Below the pieces are notes generated by a model. That model saw nothing but the letters and a program-made list of their open reading frames with translations, had not been told where the DNA came from and did not search any database. Both the position numbers and the translations under genes were made by a program. Positions 27,501 through 39,825 of a DNA stretch of 64,000 bases are shown in pieces (position 1 is the stretch's first letter; each line of letters begins with the position of its first letter). Where the stretch lies: NCBI GenBank assembly GCA_964188305.1, contig OZ076888.1; one strand, written 5' to 3'. This DNA comes from Podarcis bocagei. Lineage: Eukaryota.

Positions 27501-30364
27501 TGTTGTTCTACACACCGAGAAGTGTTTGACTTGGGGAACACTCTGAAGCAGCGATCTGCCTCACCTACAATCTGAGGTGGTAACAGACCCATCAGAGGAC
27601 TTTACAACATTAGCAAGATTCAAATTGAATCACTGATCTGGTTTGCACGTAATGCAGAAATAATAATTTAGTGCTATGCCAGTTACGCTACTCCTTCCCC
27701 TCTACTTCATGGTATGGTTGCAAGGAGGACATTGGAAAAATCCACTTCCTGTTTGAAACTAACCATGGTTTACTGTGGAACTTGAAAAGGATGAACCAGT
27801 GGAGAGGGAAAGGTAAACCATGGTTCAGCGTTATGTCCAAATCAAGGCATTGTTAACACTCCCACCAACACTAACCCAAGGTTAATGCTACTCATGGTTT
27901 TCATCTTAACTAGACTGACTCCATGGAAGTATTGAAATTCTACAGGCCTATGTTAAAACATGCTCTCATCCTGGGATGGGGTTGCCCTGAACGTCCAAAT
28001 ACATAAGTTGTCAGCTGGTCAGATAAATAATTCCTTGTGATGTGTCTTGTTTTTCCCCCTCTCTCCTTTTTGCAGAGCCAGCATGAAGAACTGAGGAAGC
28101 AGCACGCAGACCTGGAAGAGGAGCACAGGAGGCAGGGAGATGACTTCAACAGAGTGGTCAATGATCATAAGGAAAAATATATGGAGTTACAGCAAGAGAA
28201 GGAGCAGGAGCTCTCCAAGCTGAAAGGTACAGCATTGTGTTACTTGATTTAAATTTTGGGGAGGGGGAAGAGGGGCTGGGCCATTCCCTGGAATTGCTAC
28301 CCGTGTTGGCATTAACGCAGCTTCCATTAGGACTTGACTGCAAATATTTAAATTCGTGAATAATTAGGATGCTCTGTGTCTCTCTCTGCTATGTATAAAT
28401 CTGTCGGATCAATTTTTGTTTGCGCTGAATTTTTAATAGAATCCATGTATAATCTGCGAGAAGAGAACAGGCAGCTGAGGAAAGCCCACCAAGATATTCA
28501 TACTCAGCTACAAGATGTGAAGGTAAGAACTTGGACCCCCCAAGGCAAGAGTCGGGGGCAGGGAGAGAGAAAAAGCTCCTTGTTTGCAACTGGGAAAATA
28601 AGATGATGGTTGCAAATAGATCTTTTCTTGTTTAATGGAAGGAAAGATGCGATGGGTATGTTTTTCTTAAATGTGCGCACAATCGTGCTGATATTACTTT
28701 TTAATTATTTACTAGCAGCCTCGAACCCGGTATTGCCCGGGAATTCTAAGAAACCCAAGAATCAGTGCAATTTTGAAACCAGTGGTTGAAATTACTACAG
28801 TTTTGAAAGATTCAGCCTACTAAATTGATCCAAAACGCTGTCCATTTTGAATCCAAGCACCCACAAAACCTTGCTCCTTGATTTCCGAAACCACCACGTA
28901 AAATTTGTTTGTGGTAGCTTAAGTGGTGTTGAAATGCACAGCAAACCAGCAAACAACTTTCCAAAATAGGTAGCAGACCAGGGAAGAAGTACCCAGTGTT
29001 GCTCGGGAATTCTAAGAAACCCCCCAAAAAACTGAGGTTTATAAATGGGTAATGAATTTGCTGGTTTCCTGCCATGTTTGGTTAAAACCAAGGCAGTTCA
29101 GAAGGGCTCAGTCCGCCATCTTGATTCAAAATGGTTTCCAAACACTAACAAACACCTCTTTCTCTGTCTTGGGAACAGTAATGGCAGATTTACATAGTGT
29201 CCTGCTTTAGATGAAACCAAATTCAGCAGTCCCAAATCCATTCACAGGGGCTATAAAAGGGGGGGGGGCGGGTCGCAGTCCAAAGCCAAAACACAGGGGC
29301 AGCACAAGAGGCAAAAACCATAGTTATTTCTGCACAAAAAGGCAACTTTACTGAAGTGTTGGTAAGATGTAAACACACACAAAAAATAATTATATGAAAG
29401 GCAGGGGCTGAATCAATTAAACTGCTGGCAATCCTAAGATTATTTCTTGGTGTCTGATGAAGTGCATTTGGGATCAACCTTGATGGTGGCGTTTTCTTTT
29501 GTGTAGCTGCAGCATAAGAGTTTAATCTCTCAACATGACCAGCTTGTAGTGACGCTGGAAGAACACAAGAGTGCGCTAGAAGCTGCGCAGGTCAGCCAAG
29601 AAAATGGCTTTGCATCCACTCTGCTCTTAATGAATGGTGTTTTTGTTTTCGTCTATTTAAAAAAACCTTCCTAACATTTCTTCCCTCTTTTTTTTTTTCT
29701 GCTGACCACAACTTTTATGCATGCACGCCTTTGGTGGGGGTGGGGGTGGGGATCTCCGGTTAACAACCAGCTGCCCTCTCGGGGTAAGAAATGCATGCTT
29801 CGAAGGATTTCTGCTCTGCCAAAATTATAGCGTAGTAAATTGTTTTTGTTTCTTGACAGCTCCATTATGGGCTCGAGTGAATGCATGCATATATGGATAA
29901 AAACCACATCTTTCTTTCCTGTCCAGGAGGCTACAAGCTACGGCTTCCATACAGCGGGGCCGTGAGGGTGTGCCTTGGGGGGCCTGAGCCCCTGGAGCTT
30001 TTGCACTGGTCCCCCCCCCCAGATCATATACACCTTCCCACCCCCCTTTTTAAAAAGTGACTTCGTTTGCAGGGCTGCTGAATATTCTGCAGAGTACAGT
30101 TCTGGCAAGACCCCAGCCACCTTCCATCTCAGTTTGCTCAGGGACCTAAGCCAGCACCTGTGCATATAAATTAGCTCATGCAAATTTGTGCTAAGGACTT
30201 GCAACATAGGAAGTGGAGTCAGACCACCGGTCTCTCTGGCACGGTATTGTGTCTACAGTGACCCGCAGTGGCTCTCCAGGATTTCAGAGACGTGGTGTTC
30301 CCACTGCTTCTTAGATTTGCTGGGGATTGAACCTGAGATCTTCCACATGCAAAGGAGATGATGA

Positions 30365-30412
<48 letters not shown>

Positions 30413-33190
30413 TACTATTATTACTATTATTATTATATTCAATTTGTATACCACCCTTCATCTGAAGGTCTCAAGGCGGGTCAAAGCATAAAAATACAAA
30501 ATGAATGCACAAAATACATATTAAGAACAAAGCAAACCCATAAGCCACACATGCAACAAAATCATCCAATACAGCAGGACTAGGCAACGCTCTGGACACT
30601 CCATCACATTCCTCTGCTATAAGAGGAATTATAGTCCCTGTGGGACGCAGGTGGTGCTGTGGTCTAAACCACTGAGCCTCTTGGGGTTGCCGATCAGAAT
30701 GTTGGTGGTTTGAATCCCAATGACAGGGTGAGCTCCCGTTGCTCTGTCCCAGCTCCTGCCAACCTAGCAGTTTGAAAGCACACCAGTGCAAGTAGATAAA
30801 TAGGTACCGTTGTGGCAGGGAGGTAAACAGTGTTTCTGTGCACTCTGGTTTCCGTCACAGTGTTCCGTTGTGCCAGAAGTGGCTTAGTCCTGCTGGTCAC
30901 ATGACCTGGAAAGCTGTCTGCAGACAAACACCGGCTCCCTTGACCTGAAAGCGAGATGAGCGCCACAACCCCATAGTTGCCTTTGACTGGACTTAACCGT
31001 CCAGGGGTCTTCTACCTTTCCCTTAATAGGAGCAGAGTAAAGGTCCTCGCAGATGCATGCAATTTTATCCTCAAAATGCTTTGCAAGCAAGTCACAGCGA
31101 GCTACTGTCGGTTCTGACACCTCCTGTGGGCTAGACTGTAAAAGGCCCCGCGCTACCCGGAAAAGCTCTGCCAGATGGCACAATGAGGGTGCAATGGAGG
31201 CAGCAAAGGAAACCTTCTTTTCCGCTCTGCCTTCACTGCCACTAGGCAGGCTCGATGATGAGCCCTCACCAGGGTTCGAGTGCACTCAGCTACAGCCCTT
31301 TTCTCTGCAGACAGAGTCTTGTAAGCACCTAGCAAAGCTTCTATGGGAGACCTGTGGCACAACGAAGGGGAAGGGCTGTAGCTCAGTGCTGGGACACATG
31401 CTTGGCATGCAGAAGGTCCCATTCCCTGGGAACTCCAGGTAAGGCTGGGAAGAACCCCTGCCTGAAACCCTGGAGGTGATTTGCTAGGTGATTTGTCGTG
31501 GTTCCACATGGTATTCCAAGTGCTGGGCTATACTTGCCTGTTTTTAATTTTCTCGTGATTTTCTCCTTCACCCTCCAAGGAGCTTCAGGGTTATCTCATT
31601 TTATCCTTGAGCAGCCCTGCGAGAGAAGTGAAGTCAAGAGATTGCAACTTGGCCCGCACCACCTGGTGAGGCTAGTGGCTTGGCTAGGGCTCTGCATCAT
31701 TTAATATCCCCCTTCAGCATCGAGGTGTGTTTCCCAGAGAGGCTAGCAAAAGTAGCAACTGCGGGGAGAGTACAATTTCATGGTGGTGATAATAATAATA
31801 ATAATAAAACAAAGTGTACAAACCAATACAGCATGTTTAAAATAAACTCAGGTACTCAGGTACCTCCTATAGACAGGAACATCAGTCTGTTTTAATTTTT
31901 TTTATTTTAAAAGTGCTTGCGTTAATAGTAAAGGAACGTCCTTTTTTGCCTGACACCTACGCTTTAGCAGCCTAGGCACAGGGCTCTAAACTAGCTGCAG
32001 TTTCCAGAGTGTCTTCAAAGGCAGCCCCACGCAAAGTGTATTGAAGCAATACAACTTTAAGAGTTACCCAGGGGATGTGGATGATGAGCTTTGAGTTGCA
32101 TAGGATAAAGCGGGGGGCGGGGGGGGGGGAGGATTGGCAGGATGCTTAAGCAGGGGAAGAAAACCTTACTGTTTTTTAGGAGCTCAAAGAACTTGAGACA
32201 GTTGTTTGCCAAGGGGCTTCTTGCAGTGCGAACTTACTCCAAGGCAGCACCAGATCTATAGCTCAGTGGTAGACTGCAGACTTTACATGCAAAGTCCCAG
32301 GTTCCATCCCATTTGTCTCCAGTTTTTAAAAGGAGAAGGTGATGCAAAGGGTGGGAGAGAGACCTCTGCCCAAGATCCCGGAAAAGCACTGGATTGATAG
32401 TCCAGTGGTCTGACCTTGGTGAAAGGTGGTTTTTTCTGATTCTGCGTCGAGTGGGGGAAACTCTGTTTCGTCATAAGGCAGAGCAGATATTAAAGTGGTC
32501 CTTCAAGTGAGCACAAGTATACCTTTTGAAGAGCACCCTCAGCCTTGTTGTTTGGCATTGTAGGCGCAACCCTGCTGGGAAATGCTCCAGGTTATTGGTT
32601 TGAGTTGCACCGTGATGAGTTTACAAACCTCTCTTCATCTAAATTGGGTCTTGCAAGGGGACACATACACTTTTTCGCATAACTTGGCAAGAACCAACTT
32701 TGAGATGTTTACATGTGTAAAAGAAGAGACCACGCAGACTCCTAGCACTACACAGCTTATGAAGGGGGGTTGTGTGTGCTGGATGTACGCACCGAGGGAG
32801 AGGGAGAGCTTCCAGTGTGTTTCAAACTTCTTGTTGACAGGGATGGAGTTGCTCTGCTGCAAAATGAACAACACTTTGGATGTGTATGGTGTCCTTTTTC
32901 GGAGATGAAGCCAGCAGTGTGATGGAGACTGTGCTCTCTATGGCATAACCCCCTACCCCAAATTCCTTTAGGTTCATAGGCTTTTTTGTGTAGGTTCCGT
33001 TTTTCTAAAGGCAGCCATGAGACCAAAGAAAAGAACTTGCATTCTCGCCTAGAAACTAACCTGCTGAACTCTTCTGAAATTGTTGACTGTCTCCAGCCTC
33101 CAACTTGAAACCCCCTGGCCCCCGTTTTCTGTTTTCCTGTCCCTACAGTTGGTTGGCTTTCTGTGAACATGAGTGTGCTCAGGTCTTGTT

Positions 33191-33230
<40 letters not shown>

Positions 33231-35740
33231 ATGCTCCTTTTGCAAACTGCGGTTCCTCCAAGCCTGTTGTGCGTTGCATCCAGTTGGCCACTGAGAGAAT
33301 AGGATGCTGGACTAGACAGGCCATTGGTTTCATCCGGCAGGCTCTACTTGTGTTCTTGTGCTATTTTGGCTACGTTAGGAACAGCGCTCACTGCCTGAGC
33401 ATTGCATATAGGGGAAATGATGGTGTAGGCATGCCATACAAAGGTCGTAGGCAGAGCTGGCCCATCTGCATGGTGCCGCTCTCCTTTCTTGATGGGGAAG
33501 AAAATTATGAATGGGGCAGCTATGTGTGGCAAGCTTCAGCAGCGAACACCCAAAATCACTTTTAGGCTGGAAAGGGTAGGATCACATCTCTTGCCTTTCA
33601 GCCATGTGATGCTGCCTTGATGTGGAAAGTGTGTTGGTCCACCGCGTATTTTGTTTTAGTGAACCACCCATGAAATAACACTACACCTTTGTTCCAGATA
33701 AATTCATTTCCATCATATGTTGGACAATTCCATTAAGAACGGGAAGCCAGTTTCCTTGCAAGCGTTTGAAGAGATGCTTGTGATTGTTCATCACACACAC
33801 TCATTCGGTCGTCCTCTTTTGGTTGTATCTTTTCAGTTCATGGGACTTTCCCCCTGTTTGCGATTTCCCGCCCCAGCCCCCTCAAAAACGGGTTGAAAGG
33901 AAATGTAATAATTCACTTCTGACAGTTCTGTTCCTCTTCTGCGTGGCATGAAAAACTAATCCCCGTTTCTGGGCTGTGGGGATTTTACGCTAGACTTTGC
34001 ATGCCTGCTGTAATGTATTAAATTGGCGCACCCTGGCGCATAGAAAAGATCTCGCTTTAGCACATGGGCGTTTTTGATCGGATGTGCATGTTTAGCTAAA
34101 ATACCCAACTTGCCTCGGAGCCTCCAGCTTCCCTGCAGTTTTTAATAAGAAGCGGTTCATCTGACAGTGATATCTAATGGTTGCATTTGAATTCTAGTCC
34201 CAGGTGGAGGAATACAGACAGCTGAAGGAGACGCTCAAAAAGATGCCTAGCTTCCAGAAGCCAGAAAATTTTGAGCAGCAACATGTCCTGCCGGTGACAT
34301 CAGCTCCTTCCCCTCTAGGGGACGCCAAAGCACATGGCCCTGACATGGTTGAAGAGCAAAAGGAGGTAATATTGGCTGACTGGCCAAGTCACCTTCCTTG
34401 ATGGCGGTGATTAACATTTATATAGTATGCTTTTCAGTGTTCAGAAAGGGTTCTATATATAGTGGTACCTCAAGTTAAGAACTTAATTTGTTCTGGAGGT
34501 CCGTTCTTAACCTGAAACTGTTCTTAACCTGAGATACCACTTTACCTAATGGGGCCTCCTACTGCCGCTGCGCCGCTGCCGCACGATTTCTGTTCTCATC
34601 CTGAAGCAAAGTTCTTAACCCGAGGTACTATTTCTGGGTTAGCGGAGTCTGTAAGCTGAAGCGTCTGTAACCTGAGGTACCACTGTATTATCTCAGCAAT
34701 TATTACAATAACCTATCAAGGAAGGTCAGTATTACACATTACAAGCAGGAGGGGAGAAATTGAGAAGGACAGACAATAACTCAATTCAGGCATCACACTA
34801 AACCACAGTTAAGGATGCTTTAGTTGAGAAACCATGGTTTGCTGTGGCTATTCAAAGTGATGGGCCGCAGATATGGCCTTTTGTTGGCTTCCGGAGATTC
34901 CTACACCAAAATGGGAATGTCAAGCAATTGGAAGAATTGAATGAAGAAGAGAAATGGAATAGATTATTGGGGAGAAGACATGGCTGGTTGGCTAGAACTC
35001 TGGAGCAGCTCCCACATTGCCGTTTTTGCTATTTCCATTTTTAGTAATGGTGGCGGTGGATCTAATTTAGCCTGTGTGGTACCATTGGCTGTTGCTGAGC
35101 AAAGTTTGTGTCTAACGTTGCAAAAGCATCTTATTGGTTAGATAGATGGCATTTGCAAACAAGAGGGGAGGGTGAGATTTGTTAGTTTCATATGTTTAAA
35201 CTGTTCATAGCAGACTCACAGAAGCTGACTTTCTGGGATTTGAATGCTTAATTTATTTATGGTCTCTGTATCCTGAACTTTTGATCTCAAGGGATCCCCG
35301 AAAGACTCAAGGTGACTTGCACAGAATACTTCAAAAACAGAAATCGATACTGAGCAATATAAAAACAGCATAAAAATCGTGAGCCCCTCACGGGCCTGGC
35401 CTTGATGCTCAGCATGTTGCAGCAAATAAGTTCTGGAGAGTCCACCGTGGCTGACGCCAGCCTCCCTTTTTGAAAACAATTTTTCAGGTCCCAATGCTCT
35501 GTAGACAGAGAATCACTGCAGCTACAGCTGCTGCAGTCTTCATGATGTTCAATGCTGCTGGGCCCAGTGGCATTCTGGGAAAATGAAGATGGTTTCGGCT
35601 GCTACAACCCCTTCACCCAGCACTGTTTGGCTTCCCTTGACTGGGAAACTAGACCTCTGTTGATGCACCCTAGAGCAGCATTAACTGTTGACTCGTGTTA
35701 AGCTTGTGATATAATAATAATAATGATGATGATGATGATG

Positions 35741-35787
<47 letters not shown>

Positions 35788-38700
35788 TTATTATTTGTAC
35801 CCCAGCCACATTTATTATTTCTACCCCAGCCACAGAGACCAAAAATACACTAAAATGTCACACATTAAAAACTTCCCTGAACAGGGCTGCCTTAAGATGT
35901 CTTCTGAATGTCAGGTAGTTGTTTATCGCTTTGACATCTGGTGGGAGGGCGTTCCACAGGGCGGGCGCCACTACCGAGAAGGCCCTGTGCCTGGTTCCCT
36001 GTAGCTTTGCTTCTCGCAATGAGGGAACCGCCAGAAGGCCCTCGGCGCTGGACCTCAGCGTCTGGGCAGAACGATAGGGGGCGGAGATGCTCCTTCAGGT
36101 ATACCGGGCCGAGGCCGTTTAGGGCTTTAAAGGTCAATACCAACACTTTGAATTGTGCTCAGAAATGTACTGGGAGCCAATGTAGGTCTTTCAAGACCGG
36201 TGTTATGTGGTCTCAGCGGCCGCCCCCAGTCACCAGTCTAGCTGCCGCATTCTGGATTAGTTGTAGTTTCCGGGTCACCTTCAAAGGTAGCCCCACATAG
36301 AGCGCATTGCAGTAGTCCAAGCGGGAGATAACTAGAGCATGCACCACTCTGACGAGACAGTCCGCGGGCAGGTAGGGTCTCAGCCTGCGTACCAGGTGGA
36401 GTTGGTAGACAGCTGCCCTGGATACAGAATTGACCTGCACCTCCATGGACAGCTGTGAGTCCAAAATGACTCCCAGACTGCACACCTGGTCCTTCAGGGG
36501 CACAGTTACCCTATTCAGGACCAGGGAGTCCTCCACACCTGCCCGCCCCCTGTCCCCACAAAACAGTACTTCTGTCTTGTCAGGATTCAACCTCAATCCA
36601 TTAGCCGCCATCCATCCATACTAAGACCCCTAGATCTCTTTTCACGTGCACTACTGGCGTCCCCCGCCTTATATTTGTGCAGCTGGCTCTTCCTATGCAT
36701 AGAACCTTACATTTGTCCCTATTGAAAGGCATTTTGTTAGCTTTGGCCCAGTTCTCCATTCTGTTAAGGTCAACTTGAATCCTGATTCTGTTTTCAGTGG
36801 CATTAGCTCCCCCTCCCAGGTTGGTGTCATCTGCAGATTTGATGAGCGCCCCCTCATCAAATTTGCTTACTGGGAGGGGCAAGGCAGCAGGGTTTGCACC
36901 ACACTAACCTCCCACCAACTCTCCCTTCTTCTGGTAAGCAACAATGACCCACCTGCTGGGAAGGTAGTGTAGCAGATCTGCTTCACCTGGCAATTCACGT
37001 CTGTGCTGTGTTCATTGTAGGCAAAGGCTTGTCTCCCTTAAGATTAGGCTGCAAGCAAACGTTTGCGTCCTTTGCTGGCTTCGCATACGGCTGGCCACAT
37101 ATGTGTGTTGAGCAATGGCTCCTTAGTGAATCCTTGCGCTTAATAAAGCATGGAAGATCTTTGCTCTTTCCAAATGTCACATCATTATAGTTTGAGCAAA
37201 AGAAAGCAGCTTAAACCCCCTGGTGTCATCTTGTTTGTATGCGGCACTTTTTTATGTAAAAAGGGCAAATCCGGTTATTATTCTCATTAAAAAATAATGA
37301 AACAAAGAAAGAGTCAAGTACAGTGATGGGCCGTCTCTGATCTGTTTATATAAAAACAACACACAAAGCATCAACCCGAGCTCTTGGCGATACATGTTGG
37401 GAGACACGGGTTCCATAAACGCTGCCATTGCAGGGTGACTTGATATGAAGAGAAACCGCAGGCAGTTCAAACGTGAAGGATTTGTGCAGGCAACTGAACT
37501 CTAATTGGAGCATTTCCGAAATAAAAATAAGATCCTTTTTTCTTAGGGCTGATTTCACACCTGGGTGCCTGCCAACTGATGTCCCATCCCCTTGAAGACT
37601 CTCGGCTCCGATTCACAACTGAATGTGTGAGCTGCCTCTGCTGGAATATGTTGTGCTCATGGGCGATGGTGGGGTGATAGGAAAGCTTTGACTTCTCTGA
37701 GCGTTTGGCAGCCGACAGGCTGGCCTGTTGTGTGAACTCTTCGCTTGGATATATGCCCACACTTCTAAGGAGAGGAGAACTGCTTTACTGAACATTTAGG
37801 TCTGTGCAGTCTGGCATTTATACCACCAGTGATCAGCCACATGCTTTGGGGAAGCAAACTAGGCAGGCAAGAAGCCATGGCCCATGCCACAAATCCCCCA
37901 TTCTTAGCCTATCACATTTAAGAAATAAAGGTGCTTTAGTTGAGATTCCTGTATTGCAGGGGGTTGGGCTGGATGACCCTCAGGGTCCCTTCCAACTCTA
38001 TGATTCTGTGATTTTATTCTACACCAGTGTGGTGTAGTGGTTAAGAGCGGTAGTCTCGTAATCTGGGGAACCGGGTTCGGGTCTCTGCTCCGCCACATGC
38101 AGCTGCTGGGTGACCTTGGGCCAGTCACACTTCTCTGAAGTCTCTCAGTCGTACTCGCCTCACAGAGTGTTTGTTGTGGGGGAGGAAGGGAAAGGAGATT
38201 GTTAGCCGCTTTGAGATAAAGCGGGATATCAAATCCAAACTCTTCTTCTTCTACACTGCTAAGTATCCGCTTTAAAGCTCATGTTTCCTCTGTGCTCCTT
38301 GCCTTTGTTGTACGTTTTCATATCTTGCATTATTGTGTGTTGAATGTATTTTAGTTGTGTTTCATGACGTTGCGTTTTCTTTTTAATTGTTGCAAGCTGC
38401 CCTGAGTGGTTCATAAGCACTTAGAAGGATGGGCTAGAAGTCTCTCTATATTAAAAAATAAAATAAAATAAATCAGCAGCAGAGTCTTTGAAACGGGCCA
38501 TTTGAAGTTTAATATTCTGCACTGTTGCAGATTACGCTAAATGGTGATCAGCCACTGGGGGGAGAAGAAGCCAACAGAGGAATCCACTTGGAAGGAAGAG
38601 AAGGCAGAGCCGAGCCGTTTCATCCTGAAAGAAAAGCCAATGAAGGTCACCCGCCGCGGGAACTCAATATTCAGCAGAAGCAAGAGGCGGGAGAAGACGA

Positions 38701-39768
38701 GGAGCAACGTGTGGAACAGGTTGCAGAGGAGCACAAGAAGGAACTCGAGGAGGAAGAGATGGAGCAAGCTGGGCAGCCTGAACGCTTGACAGAGGATCTT
38801 GACCAAGGCAACTTGGAGCATGAATGGAAGGAGAAAGGGCAGGCTGACGAGGAAGAAGCCAACACCCTGGGCGAACACCATCATTCGGAGGTGAGCTGTT
38901 GGTGAAATAGACACATAAATAAGAGCACTGTCATGCTTTGCATAGTAATAGCACCCCTCTGTGTTCAGCGGGGTTGCACTGTTCAACACACCAGCTAGGA
39001 AATAAGCCCCATTAAATCTATCGGGACTCATTGCCCAGTAAGTCAGTTTGGAATTGCAATTTAAGCAGCAGGGAGAGAGAGGGGGGCTTGAAACAATTTA
39101 TAGCTAGTTTTGCTTTGCCAGTCACAAACAAGCCCTTTCAGAATGGAGGCTGGGGCACTGCACATACCATGACCGGAGGGGTGTGCTGCAATTTGCAGAG
39201 GGCAAGGGATGGAGCCTGCCAGTGCAATGCTGTCACTGTCACCCTGTTGATTAATTGGATGTGCGCAGACCCGGCCACACTTTGGAAGGGGAATCGTGCC
39301 ACTTTGAAATGCAGCGCATGCTATATCTTACAGAATGTGCTGTGTGACGGATGCAGTTGGCAACACTAGTTGTCTTCCCATTTCTAAAATTTGCAAGCGA
39401 GGAGGGGTGGGGGTGGGGGAGCAACTTGTTGCACGATCTCTCTATTAACCTTTCGAAAAAGAAATCACATTCATCACCCCAGGACACTGGAAGCCAGAGC
39501 GAATTTCTAGATTCCTTTTCCGAAACACATTTTTGTGTGCTTAAATAGCAGGCACCCCACCCTGTTTGTTCTCTAAATCCTCCGCCTTGTTTAGACTGTC
39601 ACCTTAGCTGGTGCTCAATTTGAAATCCAGCTGCATTACTGGAAGAGGCAGCAGCCGGAACATTTATTCAGCTTTAATTCGTGGCCAAGCAGCCTTTTCT
39701 TTCCAGAATTGTGTTGCTTCCTGGCCCAGGAATCATATGAGAACCAGTATGTAGTGGTTATGAGAACC

Positions 39769-39825
<57 letters not shown>

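Noticed and set aside
34844-35044. Glu-rich ORF in intron 8 as an extra GOLIM4 exon
   Set aside because: No convincing acceptor/donor pair, and exons 8 and 9 already join in frame.
36213-36882. True CR1-L2 hybrid retroelement
   Set aside because: CR1 continues on the far side of the L2, so this is a nested insertion.
38537-39031. 164-aa hydrophobic minus-strand ORF
   Set aside because: Antisense shadow of the purine-rich exon 9.
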